Origin: an uncultured Chloroflexia bacterium
Lineage (GTDB): Bacteria; Chloroflexota; Limnocylindria; Limnocylindrales; CSP1-4
Reading direction: 5' to 3'
DNA: 64,000 nucleotides
NCBI GenBank assembly: GCA_963713975.1
Contig: OY970218.1
Span: forward strand, 3,552,001-3,616,000
Part shown: positions 28,329-37,505 of the stretch, piece by piece
Layout of the letters: every line of letters begins with the position of its first letter
Position numbering within the stretch: position 1 is the first letter of the stretch
Notes under the pieces: model-generated
Database searches by the model: none
What the model saw: only the letters and a program-made list of their open reading frames with translations
Told to the model about the DNA's origin: nothing
Translations under genes and position numbers: made by a program

Positions 28329-29666
28329 CTATTCGTCCTCGCCAGCCATCGACCGGTCATCGATCGAGCGCTCGCGCACCACGAGCACCTTGCCGACCCG
28401 GCGGCCGTCCGTGGTCTCCACGGTCAGGCGCAGGCCGTCCACGCGGATCTCGTCACCGGGTGCCGGCACACCGCCGATCCGGTGGTACACGAGGCCGCCG
28501 ACCGTGTCGTACTCGTCGTCGTCCTCGAGCTGCGTCCTCATGTCCCAGATCTCGAGCATGTCCTCCACGGACGCGCGGCCGTCGACGCGGGCACGATCCG
28601 GGTCGAGCTGCTCGATGAGCGGCTCCTCCTCGTCGTACTCGTCCTGGATCTCGCCCACGATCTCCTCGAGCAGATCCTCGATAGTCACCAGGCCGGCCGT
28701 GCCGCCGTACTCGTCGAGCACGATCGCGATATGGACCTTGCGGCGCTGGAACTCGTGGAGCAGGTCGTCGATGGACATGGACTCCGGGACGAACACCGGT
28801 GTCCGGAGCATGGCCCGCACGTCGGGCCGGACGGCGGCGTCGGACTTGAGGTACGGGAGCAGGTCCTTGGCGTAGAGGATGCCGACGACCTCGTCCACCG
28901 TGGACTCGTAGACCGGTACCCTGGAGTGGCCCTCCTCGATGATCGTGTCAATCGCCTCGTCGAAGGAGGAGGACACGGGCAGTGCGGCGATGGCGATTCG
29001 CGGGACCATGACCTCGTGGATGCGACGGCCACCGAGCTCGATGACGGCGTTGATCATCTGCTCCTCCTCGGCCTCCAGGATGCCCTGCTCGCCACCCCGC
29101 TCCACGATCAGCCGCAGCTCGTCCGCGGTGATCCTCGCCTCCGTGCTGACGTCGGCCCCGAGCAGGCCTGTGACCCAGCGGGTGATCCCGGTCAACAGGG
29201 CCACGATCGGCGCCACGACGCGTCCGAGCACGTCGAGCGGGGCCGACAGGGTGAGAGCGAACCGCTCCGGGTGGGCAAGCGCGAGGGTCTTGGGCACGAG
29301 CTCGGCGAAGACGATCGTGAACAGTGCCAGGAGGACCGTCACGACCACGAGGGCCATCACGTCCGCGGTGCCGGCATCCATCCCCGCGTCGGCCAGCAGC
29401 GCGCCCAGGCCCTGGCTGAGGCTGACGGCGGCGAAGGCCGACGCCAGGAAGCCGATGAACGTCAGGCCGAGCTGGCTCACGGCGAGGAAGCGGCCCGGGT
29501 CCGCAAGCATGGCCTGCACCCGGCGCGCGCCCGGCCGCTTCTCGTCCACGAGCTGCTCGACGCGGCTCCGCCGGATCGACACCAGCGCGATCTCCGCCGC
29601 CACGAAGAAGGCCTCCAGCAGGGTCAGGAGGATCAGGAACAGGATCTCGGGGATGGGAAAGCTCAC
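28329..29666 (-). CDS. Hemolysin-family CNNM/CBS/CorC membrane protein (Mg/Co transport family)
   Basis: FVAAEIALVS, ELVPK, VMVPR, HSRVPVY, DEYGGTAGLVTIEDLLEEIVGEIQDE. Confidence 0.88.
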   Translation of the reverse strand: MSFPIPEILFLILLTLLEAFFVAAEIALVSIRRSRVEQLVDEKRPGARRVQAMLADPGRFLAVSQLGLTFIGFLASAFAAVSLSQGLGALLADAGMDAGTADVMALVVVTVLLALFTIVFAELVPKTLALAHPERFALTLSAPLDVLGRVVAPIVALLTGITRWVTGLLGADVSTEARITADELRLIVERGGEQGILEAEEEQMINAVIELGGRRIHEVMVPRIAIAALPVSSSFDEAIDTIIEEGHSRVPVYESTVDEVVGILYAKDLLPYLKSDAAVRPDVRAMLRTPVFVPESMSIDDLLHEFQRRKVHIAIVLDEYGGTAGLVTIEDLLEEIVGEIQDEYDEEEPLIEQLDPDRARVDGRASVEDMLEIWDMRTQLEDDDEYDTVGGLVYHRIGGVPAPGDEIRVDGLRLTVETTDGRRVGKVLVVRERSIDDRSMAGEDE

Positions 29667-31126
29667 CCGGCGGGATCCTCGGGCGAGGGTCCCGCGGCGG
29701 CTTCGGGATCGTTCACCGCCGGCGGCGCGGACGCGGCCTCCACGACCTGGGTGAAGCGCGGCTCGCGGATACGGGCCGGGACGCCCACGGCGAGCTTGCC
29801 CGGCGGGACGTCACGCGTGACGACGGCGCCGGCGCCGGTCTTGCTGTCGTCGCCCAGGGTCACCGGGGCGCGCAGCATCGTGTCGACACCCAGGAACACG
29901 CGCTCGCCGATCGTGGTTCGGTACTTGTGGACGCCGTCGTAGTTGGCGGTGATCGTGCCCGCACCGACGTTCGTGTCGGCGCCCACGTCGGCATCGCCGA
30001 GGTAGCTGTTGTGGTGCTGCCGGACGTGCTCGCCGAGGCGGCTGTTCTTGATCTCGGCGTAGTTCCCGATCTCCGACCGCGTCCCGATGTGCGCTCCGGG
30101 CCTGAGGTGGCTGAACGGCCCGATCGTGACCCGGTCCTCGACGGTGGAGCGCTCGATGACGCTCGCCCAGATGACGCAGTCCGCCCCGACCACCGAATCC
30201 ATGATCTGCGAGCCCGTGGCGATGCGCGTCCGCTCCCCCACCCTGGTGGCCCCGCGCAGGATCACGTTGGGCTCCAGGATCACGTCCGGGGCCAGCTCGA
30301 CGCCGTGGTCCAGGTAGACCGTGGACGGGTCGGTCATCGTGACCCCGGCCCGCATCCAGCGGTCATTGACCTCGACCCGCATGTCCCACTCGGCGCGGGC
30401 GAGCTGGGCGCGGTCGTTGATGCCGGTGAGGCGCCCGTCATCGTCGACGTCGACCACGGCCACGATCCGCCCGTCCTCGCGCGCGTAGCGCACGAGGTCC
30501 GTGAGGTACAGCTCGCCGGTGGCGGGCGATGGGCGCAGGTCGCCGATCCGGTGCCGCAGCCACGCGGAATCGAAGGCGTAGAGCCCGGCGTTGATCTCGG
30601 CGACCTGGCGCTCGTCGTCCGTGGCGTCCTTGTCCTCGACGATCCGCTCGACCGTGCCGCCCTCGTTCCGGATCACCCGGCCGAGGCCCGTGGGATCGAT
30701 GGCGTCCACCGCGACGAGCGAGATCGCCGCGTGGTCCATCGCCCGGGCCTCGAGCAGACCCAGGAGCAGGTCCGCGCGGACCAGCGGCACGTCGCCAGAG
30801 ACCACGAGGATGTCCGCGACGTCGTCGTCCAGCATGTCGAGCGCGGCCCGGAGCGCGTCGCCCGTTCCGCGCGGCTCATCCTGGATGGCCGTGTCGGCCC
30901 GATCGATGACCACGGCGCGGATGGCCTCGGTCGCCGGCGAGACCACCACCATCGGCCGGGATCGTGTCGCGGTGATGGCGGCGTCGAGGACGTAGTCGAC
31001 CATGGGGCGCCCGCAGATCGGGTGCAGCACCTTGGGCAGGTTCGACTTCATCCGGGTTCCCAGGCCCGCGGCCAGCACCACGGCGACCGTGCGGCGCGGG
31101 AACGTGGATGTATTCGGGGTGGTCAC
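29663..31126 (-). CDS. glmU: Bifunctional UDP-GlcNAc pyrophosphorylase / glucosamine-1-P acetyltransferase
   Basis: LAAGLGTRMKS..PKVLH, EINAG, ELYLTD, hexapeptide repeats, SYLGDA, ANYDG. Confidence 0.96.
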   Translation of the reverse strand: MTTPNTSTFPRRTVAVVLAAGLGTRMKSNLPKVLHPICGRPMVDYVLDAAITATRSRPMVVVSPATEAIRAVVIDRADTAIQDEPRGTGDALRAALDMLDDDVADILVVSGDVPLVRADLLLGLLEARAMDHAAISLVAVDAIDPTGLGRVIRNEGGTVERIVEDKDATDDERQVAEINAGLYAFDSAWLRHRIGDLRPSPATGELYLTDLVRYAREDGRIVAVVDVDDDGRLTGINDRAQLARAEWDMRVEVNDRWMRAGVTMTDPSTVYLDHGVELAPDVILEPNVILRGATRVGERTRIATGSQIMDSVVGADCVIWASVIERSTVEDRVTIGPFSHLRPGAHIGTRSEIGNYAEIKNSRLGEHVRQHHNSYLGDADVGADTNVGAGTITANYDGVHKYRTTIGERVFLGVDTMLRAPVTLGDDSKTGAGAVVTRDVPPGKLAVGVPARIREPRFTQVVEAASAPPAVNDPEAAAGPSPEDPAG

Positions 31127-31228
31127 GGGGTCCGGTGCCGCACGTCTGGCATTCGTGCCGCGGCAGCCGCCGAAACGGCGGCGCCGGCGCCCGGGAGGGT
31201 CAAGTGGATCGACATGTGAGGCAGGCCG

Positions 31229-31257
31229 ATTCTGGGGTGGCTCACTGGGGGTGTCAA
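31229..31257 (-). promoter_or_regulatory. sigma70-type promoter upstream of glmU
   Basis: TTGACA (31257-31252), 17-nt spacer, CAGAAT (31234-31229). Confidence 0.6.
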
Positions 31258-31291
31258 CCGACGCCTCCGGAGCCCGCGGCGCGTGGTGGCG

Positions 31292-31678
31292 TCATCCGTG
31301 GACACGACGGGCGATCGCCTCGATCTCCACGAGGCCTCCCTTGGGCAGCGCCGCGACCTGCACGGTGGACCGCGCGGGGGGCGGCACCGGCATGAACCGC
31401 CCGTAGATCGCATTCACGGCGGCGAAGTCCGCGATGTCCGCGAGGAAGATCGTGGTCTTCACCACGTCGGACCAGCCCAGCCCTGCGGCATCGAGCACCG
31501 CCGAGAGGTTGCGCATCGATCGCTCGGCCTGTGCCTCAACGCCCTCCACCATGTCTCCCGTCGCCGGGTCGAGGCCCAACTGTCCGCTGCAGAAGAGGAG
31601 CCCGTCGACGGCGATAGCCTGGCTGTAGGGGCCGATGGCAGCGGGCGCGCCACTGGTGGCGATGGCCTGGCGGGTCAT
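31292..31678 (-). CDS. ridA: RidA/YjgF family imine deaminase
   Basis: APAAIGPYSQA, SGQL, VVKTTIFL, PPARSTVQVAALP..VEIE. Confidence 0.92.
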   Translation of the reverse strand: MTRQAIATSGAPAAIGPYSQAIAVDGLLFCSGQLGLDPATGDMVEGVEAQAERSMRNLSAVLDAAGLGWSDVVKTTIFLADIADFAAVNAIYGRFMPVPPPARSTVQVAALPKGGLVEIEAIARRVHG

Positions 31679-32712
31679 GGGTTCCTCCGGTGATCCTGTT
31701 CGGCACGGCGATCGTGGCTCGGGGGGATGATGCGGGTAGCCGCGACGAACGGTTCGCGCGGGCCCGGTGCGGTCAGGTCGCCGGCGGTGATCGCCGCACG
31801 GACGGCGTCGGCGGCGACTGCAGCCTCGGCATGTGAAGGATAGAGCGCCCAGTGCGTGGGGCCGGAGCCGGAAACGCCGACCGGCCGGCCAAGGAGGCGC
31901 AGCAGGGCCCGCTTGAACGGGACGAGCCCGGGCTCGACGACCGCGGCGGCGGGCGCCAGATCGTTGGCGGAGGCGAGCACGGACGCCCGTGCCAGCAGGT
32001 CCGCCACGCGCAGCCCCCTGCGGAGCTCCTCGGCGAGATGGGCGGAGGCGAGGCGTGCTGCCCCGCCCGCGGTCCTGGTGCCGGCGTCCCACTCGGCGTA
32101 GGCGGCGGGCGTGGAGATGCCGCACGAGGGCGTCACGAGCAGGAGGCCGGGCCGATCGTCGCCGGCATCACGCAGCCAGGGCAGGGGGCTCAGGCGCTCG
32201 CCCCGCCCCTCGACCAGCGCTGGCCCGCCGGCCAGGAAGAACGGGATGTCCGACCCCAATTCCGCGGCGAGCCGGTGGCGCGTGTCGGGGTCCAGCGTCA
32301 CGCCCCAGGCCTCCAGGGCGGCGTCCAAGGCGGCGGCGGCGTCCGACGAGCCCCCGGCGAGACCGGACGCGATGGGGATGCGCTTCTCCAGACGGGCGGC
32401 GAGGGGGGGCGGCGGGACGCGACTCCCCCACTCCGGGCCGGAGGCACGGCGGGCTGCGGCGATCGCCCGCAGGACGAGGTTGTCGGCGACGGGGCCCGGG
32501 TCGTAGCCGTCCACGTGCAGGGTGTCCTCCCCGCCGGGCGGCAGGATCGCGAGCGACAGGCGATCCGCGAGGTCCAGCGGGACCATCACGCTGTGGAGGT
32601 CGTGGAAGCCATCCGGGCGGGTCCCCAGCACGGCCAGCGTCAGGTTGACCTTGGCCGGGGCGAGGCGGACCACGGGCTCAAGCCGCCGCGTGGGATCGGA
32701 CGGGGCGGTCAC
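31675..32712 (-). CDS. ispE: 4-diphosphocytidyl-2-C-methyl-D-erythritol kinase
   Basis: APAKVNLTL..DGFH, KRIPIASGLAGGSSDAAA, LGSDIPFF, SGSGPT; GTGA overlap with rsmA. Confidence 0.92.
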   Translation of the reverse strand: MTAPSDPTRRLEPVVRLAPAKVNLTLAVLGTRPDGFHDLHSVMVPLDLADRLSLAILPPGGEDTLHVDGYDPGPVADNLVLRAIAAARRASGPEWGSRVPPPPLAARLEKRIPIASGLAGGSSDAAAALDAALEAWGVTLDPDTRHRLAAELGSDIPFFLAGGPALVEGRGERLSPLPWLRDAGDDRPGLLLVTPSCGISTPAAYAEWDAGTRTAGGAARLASAHLAEELRRGLRVADLLARASVLASANDLAPAAAVVEPGLVPFKRALLRLLGRPVGVSGSGPTHWALYPSHAEAAVAADAVRAAITAGDLTAPGPREPFVAATRIIPPSHDRRAEQDHRRNP

Positions 32713-33590
32713 CCGGACCCCGGGATCGGACCGATCGCCTCGGCGAGGGCGAGCCACTCCCCCACGGCCAGCATCTGGGGGCGCCGGTCGCGGTCGATGC
32801 CGCAGGCGGCGAGGGCCGCGTCCACGCGGACCGGCTCGATCGGCAGCTGGCGGGCCAGCACGTTGTGGAGCATCTTGCGCCGCTCACGGAACCCGGCCTG
32901 GACGATCCGCCAGAGGTGGTCCTCCGCCTCGGGATCCAGGCGGTCGTCCCCATCGTAGGGCTCCAGCACCAGCACCGCGGACTCCACCTTGGGCTCGGGC
33001 TCGAAGGCACGCGCGGGCACCACGAACGCCACCCTCGCCCGGGCGTGGTACTGGCAGAAGACGGACAGGTACGACATGGCGCCGGGCGGGGCCGCGATCC
33101 GTTCCGCGACCTCGCGCTGGACCATCAGGACCAGGCACCGGGCACGGGGCGCCGTGCCGAGGAGGCGGTGCAGGACGGGGCTGGTGATGTGGTAGGGCAG
33201 GTTGGCGACGACGTCGTACGGAGGCGGGACCACGTTGACCAGGTCCTGGTCCAGCGCGTCGCCCTCGATGAGCCGGAAGAGACCGGCGTCCGCCTCCGCC
33301 GCGAACCGCTCCCGGAGCACGGCCGCAAGGCCCCGATCCAGCTCCACGGCCGTCACGCTTGCGCCGGCCGCGAGCAGTCCGCCCGTGAGGAACCCGAGCC
33401 CGGGCCCGATCTCCAGCACCGCGTCGCCGGGGCCCGGGTCCGCCTCGTGGAGGATCCCCTCGAGCACGTCGACATCGGCCAGGAAATTCTGCGACAGGTT
33501 GTGGCGGGCTCGCAGCCCGGCCTGCCGCAGCGTCCGTTGGACGAACAGCGGGTCGAGCCGCAGGTCACTGGCGCCCCGGCCCCCGCTCAT
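32709..33590 (-). CDS. rsmA: 16S rRNA m6,2A dimethyltransferase
   Basis: SQNFL, LEIGPGLG, VELD, ANLPYHITSP, MVQREVAER, RRKMLHN. Confidence 0.95.
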   Translation of the reverse strand: MSGGRGASDLRLDPLFVQRTLRQAGLRARHNLSQNFLADVDVLEGILHEADPGPGDAVLEIGPGLGFLTGGLLAAGASVTAVELDRGLAAVLRERFAAEADAGLFRLIEGDALDQDLVNVVPPPYDVVANLPYHITSPVLHRLLGTAPRARCLVLMVQREVAERIAAPPGAMSYLSVFCQYHARARVAFVVPARAFEPEPKVESAVLVLEPYDGDDRLDPEAEDHLWRIVQAGFRERRKMLHNVLARQLPIEPVRVDAALAACGIDRDRRPQMLAVGEWLALAEAIGPIPGSG

Positions 33591-34651
33591 CGGGCGAGCG
33601 GCAGCGACGGGCGGGCGTCCAGATCCAGTCCCGCCCGCACCCCGGCGGCGAACCGGCGGGCGCCCGCCGCACCGATCATCGCCCCATTGTCCGTGCACAG
33701 CGCCGGGCGTGGGATGACCACGCCCAACCCGCGGGCCGCGGCCCCGGCCGTGATCCTGGCGCGGAGCTCGGCGTTCGCCGCGACACCGCCACCCAGCACG
33801 ATCCCGCGCGCGCCGACCTCCTCAGCCGCCCGCAGCGTCTTGGTGGCCAGCACGTCCACCACGGAATCCTGGAAGCCCCAGGCCAGCTCCGCCGTCACCT
33901 CGTCGGGGAGCATGCCGCCATGCTCGTCCACCGGCAGACCGGCCTCGGCCCGGGCCTGCGCGATCACCCGCCGCGCCGCCGTCTTGAGCCCGGAGAAGCT
34001 GAGGTCGTACGAGTCGCCCATCCATGCCCGCGGGAACACGCGATCGTGCCGGGTCGCATCCTCGGCTGCCTTCGAGATGGCGGGTCCGCCCGGGTAGCCA
34101 AGGCCCAGCAGCCTGCCCACCTTGTCGAATGCCTCGCCTGCGGCATCGTCCACCGTGGTCCCCAGCAGCCGGTAGTCGAGGTGGTCGCGCATCTCCACCA
34201 GGAACGTGTGCCCTCCCGAGACCACCAGCCCGACCAGCGGGAACGGCGGCACCTCGCGTTCCGCCTCGGCGGGGTCCAGAAGCCAGCCGGCGTAGACGTG
34301 GCCCTCGAGGTGGTTCACCGGGACCAGCGGCTTGCCGTGGGCCCAGGCGAGCGCCTTGGCGAAGTTGATGCCCACCAGCAGCGAGCCGGCGAGACCGGGT
34401 CCGTAGGTGACCGCGACCGCGTCCATGTCGGACATGGTGGCTCCGGCTGTCGCGAGGGCATCATCGAGCACCGGCACGATCCAGCGCAGGTGGGCCCTGG
34501 CCGCCACCTCCGGGACGATCCCGCCGGTCGGTGCGTGGAGCGCCACCTGGCTCGCAACGACGTTGGCATGGATCCGGCGTCCGTCCTCGATCACCGCGAT
34601 GCCCGTCTCGTCGCAGCTGGACTCGACCGCGAGGACCAGGGGCCCGCTCAC
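33587..34651 (-). CDS. tsaD: tRNA t6A threonylcarbamoyltransferase
   Basis: ESSCDET, GGIVPEVAARAH, GPGL, HLEGH, DDAAGEAFDK, TDNGAMI. Confidence 0.96.
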   Translation of the reverse strand: MSGPLVLAVESSCDETGIAVIEDGRRIHANVVASQVALHAPTGGIVPEVAARAHLRWIVPVLDDALATAGATMSDMDAVAVTYGPGLAGSLLVGINFAKALAWAHGKPLVPVNHLEGHVYAGWLLDPAEAEREVPPFPLVGLVVSGGHTFLVEMRDHLDYRLLGTTVDDAAGEAFDKVGRLLGLGYPGGPAISKAAEDATRHDRVFPRAWMGDSYDLSFSGLKTAARRVIAQARAEAGLPVDEHGGMLPDEVTAELAWGFQDSVVDVLATKTLRAAEEVGARGIVLGGGVAANAELRARITAGAAARGLGVVIPRPALCTDNGAMIGAAGARRFAAGVRAGLDLDARPSLPLAR

Positions 34652-35253
34652 GAAGTGGCCGCCCGCTGGTCCGGCGCAGTCGGCGACGCCCCGTCGCGCG
34701 GCGCATCCTCGGCGTCCGGCTCCGGATCCGGGGGCGGCGACGCGTCCAGGTCCGCGCGCAGACCGGCAAGCCGCTCGCGCATGGCGGGCAGCGTCAGGGG
34801 CTCGGTGGTCATGATCAGCGCGTCTTCCTGGTTGTCGCTGTAGTACCGGGGGCGGATGCCCACCGGCCGGAAGCCGTACTTCTCGTACAGCCGGCGCGCG
34901 GCGAGATTGGAGAGGCGAACCTCCAGCGTCGCCTCACGCGCGTGGCGATCCCGGGCGAGATCGAGGAGCGACAGCAGCAGGTGCTCACCGATCCGGCGCC
35001 GCCGGTATCGGGGATGGACGGCGAACGTGGTGACGTGGGCCTCGTCGACCATCAGCCAGATGCCGCCATAGGCCACGATCTCCCCGGCGATCGCTCCCAC
35101 GAGGTAGTGCGCCAGGCGGTTCGCCTCCAGCTCCTGGCGGTACGCGTGCGCCGGCCACGGCGTGGTGAACGAGGCGCGTTCGATGAGCTGAACGGCCGGC
35201 AGGTCGTCGAAGGTCATCGGCCGCAGATGCAGGACACGGGTCTCGATGCTCAC
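34648..35253 (-). CDS. rimI: Ribosomal protein N-acetyltransferase RimI
   Basis: IERASF..PW, AVHP..RRRRIG, LEVRLSN..A..LYEKYGF, RYY..EDALIM. Confidence 0.9.
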   Translation of the reverse strand: MSIETRVLHLRPMTFDDLPAVQLIERASFTTPWPAHAYRQELEANRLAHYLVGAIAGEIVAYGGIWLMVDEAHVTTFAVHPRYRRRRIGEHLLLSLLDLARDRHAREATLEVRLSNLAARRLYEKYGFRPVGIRPRYYSDNQEDALIMTTEPLTLPAMRERLAGLRADLDASPPPDPEPDAEDAPRDGASPTAPDQRAATS

Positions 35254-35924
35254 GCCGTGCCACCGCTGAGCTCCACCGCATCGTTTGCGGAGCCGGCTCG
35301 CACACCGCGCGGCAGGGTCACGTACTCGGGGACCAGGCCGGCGAGATCATCCGCGTCGCCCGCGGCCAGGCGGGCGGCGCCTGCGGCGAGCAGTGACGCC
35401 GCAAGGCCCGCATGGGCGGCCTCGCCAAGCTCCGCGGCCGCATCGGGAGCCCGCCCGTGGAGGTCGACCGCAATGAGGCGCTCACCGGGGCGGAGCTGCG
35501 GATCCGTGCCCCCCGCAAGGATCACGGACGCCTCGCCGGCGCGCGTCATGACCCGGTCCGAGGCGCCGGCGGGCTGGAGCAGGGCCATGGCACCGCCCCC
35601 GGCCGCCGAGATGAGGGCGGCGCCGGTCACGACTCCGGCGATCGGCAGGCCAAGGGCATGGGCGAGCCCCTTGGCGGTCGCGATCCCGACCCGCAGCCCA
35701 GTAAACGCCCCCGGGCCCGTCCCCGCCACGAGCCCACCGAGCGCCGATGGCGCCAGGCCTCGATCCCGCAGCAGCTCGTCGATGCGGGCCAGGAGCTCCT
35801 CGCCGTGCCGGTAGCCGGCCGTCCACGTGCGCGCCTCCAGCAGCGTGCCATCGGGCATCCCGATCGCGATGACCGCCCGCGTCGTGGCGGTGTCGATGAC
35901 CAGGATCGGACCGCCGGGGATCAC
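35250..35924 (-). CDS. tsaB: t6A biosynthesis protein TsaB
   Basis: IDTAT, GPGAFTGLRVGIATAKGLA, PEY; GTGA overlaps. Confidence 0.9.
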   Translation of the reverse strand: MIPGGPILVIDTATTRAVIAIGMPDGTLLEARTWTAGYRHGEELLARIDELLRDRGLAPSALGGLVAGTGPGAFTGLRVGIATAKGLAHALGLPIAGVVTGAALISAAGGGAMALLQPAGASDRVMTRAGEASVILAGGTDPQLRPGERLIAVDLHGRAPDAAAELGEAAHAGLAASLLAAGAARLAAGDADDLAGLVPEYVTLPRGVRAGSANDAVELSGGTA

Positions 35925-36394
35925 GCCGCGACCTCGAGGTAGCGGGCGTAGGCCGGGTCCGCGGACCGCAACGCGATCCGCCGGACCTCGTCGCCGCAGC
36001 CGTCGATCACGACATCCAGGCGAGCTGCCGGGAGGGCCGCACCGAGTCGCTCCGCCCACTCGACGAGGACGACGCCCTCGAGCTGGCGCTCGTCCAGGAG
36101 CCCGCCCGCGATCGCGTCGGCCGCATCGTGAAGGCGGTAGAGATCGACGTGGAAGAGCGGCAGGCGCCCGACGTACTCGCCCATCAGCACAAAGGTCGGG
36201 GAGCTCACGACGTCCGTGACGCCGAGCCCGGCCGCGAACCCCTTCGCGAGCTGCGTCTTGCCGGCCCCGAGATCCCCCACCAGGCACAGCAGGTCTCCCG
36301 GGCGCGCGACCGCAGCGAGGCGGGCGCCCAGGGCCTGGGTCTGGGCGGCGTCACGCGTCGTCACGACGCGCTCGGCCATGGCGGGCGTGGTCAT
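35921..36394 (-). CDS. tsaE: t6A biosynthesis ATPase TsaE
   Basis: GDLGAGKT, SSPTF, HVDLYRL, VEW. Confidence 0.93.
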   Translation of the reverse strand: MTTPAMAERVVTTRDAAQTQALGARLAAVARPGDLLCLVGDLGAGKTQLAKGFAAGLGVTDVVSSPTFVLMGEYVGRLPLFHVDLYRLHDAADAIAGGLLDERQLEGVVLVEWAERLGAALPAARLDVVIDGCGDEVRRIALRSADPAYARYLEVAA

Positions 36395-36488
36395 GACCCG
36401 AGGGTAGCCGAACCCGCGAGTAAGCATCCCAGCGTCTGTGCTGGCTCGACGACGGCCGTTGACGGCACGGGCGCCGCCGGCACCGTCG

Positions 36489-37505
36489 TCAGCGGAGGCG
36501 CTCGAGGTCCCCGAGGGGCACGTCGACGGTCGGTCCGTCGTCGATCGCCACCCGGGCCGCCTCCAGCACGACGTTGGCGGCGAACCGGCGAGGACCCAGC
36601 GGCGCCACGAGCCGCCCTTCGAGCCCCGCGCTTGATCCGCTCCGGATCCGCACCCAATCGGGCGGGATGGGCGGAAGGTCCTGGGGATCCTCGTCGAACA
36701 CCAGTGCCGGCGGGTCGACCAGGAGTGCCACCCGCGTGCCGGCAAGACGCTCAAGGATCGCGGCGACGGGGCTGGGGATGGGGCGTCGGACGGCACCCTC
36801 CAGCACTAGCACGCCGAACGGCTGCGCCGGGTGCAGGGCGGCCCGCTGGCGACGCTCGGATGCCTGGAAGTCCCGCAGCTCCTTGCCCGGCAGCGTCGCG
36901 ACCACGATCCCCCGGACGCCCATGGCTCGCGCACGGGTGAGCGCCTCGGCATCGATGCGCGCACCGACGACGAGGATGCTGCCGGCCCGCCCCACGTCGA
37001 TGCCGCCGGGGCGCAGCTCGCCCCACGGGTCCGTGGCGAGCTCGAGGGGACCGCTTGCGGCGGACCCGGCGGCAAAGGCACCCCGGAGTGCGGGACCCGC
37101 GGCACGGACCCTGATCTCGGCCCCGGGACGCACCCCCGTGACCTCCCCGCCGATCGGCGAGGCCAGCGGATCCCGGTGATCGCCCGCCACCATGCGCCAG
37201 CGCTGCTTCTTGCCGGGCAGCGGCGCGAGCAGCTCACCGTCCCGCTCGCGCTCACGATGGCGGCGACCACCGACCGTGGACCAGCGCGTGCCCGCCTGGG
37301 GCCGATCCTCATCCGGGGCGACCCGGACCTCCACCTCCTCGACGCGGCGGTCGCGCAGGTGTTCCAGGAGCGGGTCGCCGGCGTTGATCAGCGAGCCGGA
37401 CTCGACCAGCGGGCGGTCGCCCGGCGGCAGCGCGAAGCGAGCCTCGAGTCCGCGCTCCAGGATCGTGCGGGTCGGGATCTCCGCGAGCCAGTCGACGTCG
37501 GTCAC
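36489..37505 (-). CDS. Uncharacterised protein (barrel-sandwich-like N-terminus, KOW-like C-terminus), partner of the GlmL-like gene
   Basis: GTGA overlap with the upstream gene; LVESGSLINAGDPL, SPIGGEVTGV, GVRGIVV, WVRIRSG..AGLEG; domain guesses by eye. Confidence 0.65.
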   Translation of the reverse strand: MTDVDWLAEIPTRTILERGLEARFALPPGDRPLVESGSLINAGDPLLEHLRDRRVEEVEVRVAPDEDRPQAGTRWSTVGGRRHRERERDGELLAPLPGKKQRWRMVAGDHRDPLASPIGGEVTGVRPGAEIRVRAAGPALRGAFAAGSAASGPLELATDPWGELRPGGIDVGRAGSILVVGARIDAEALTRARAMGVRGIVVATLPGKELRDFQASERRQRAALHPAQPFGVLVLEGAVRRPIPSPVAAILERLAGTRVALLVDPPALVFDEDPQDLPPIPPDWVRIRSGSSAGLEGRLVAPLGPRRFAANVVLEAARVAIDDGPTVDVPLGDLERLR

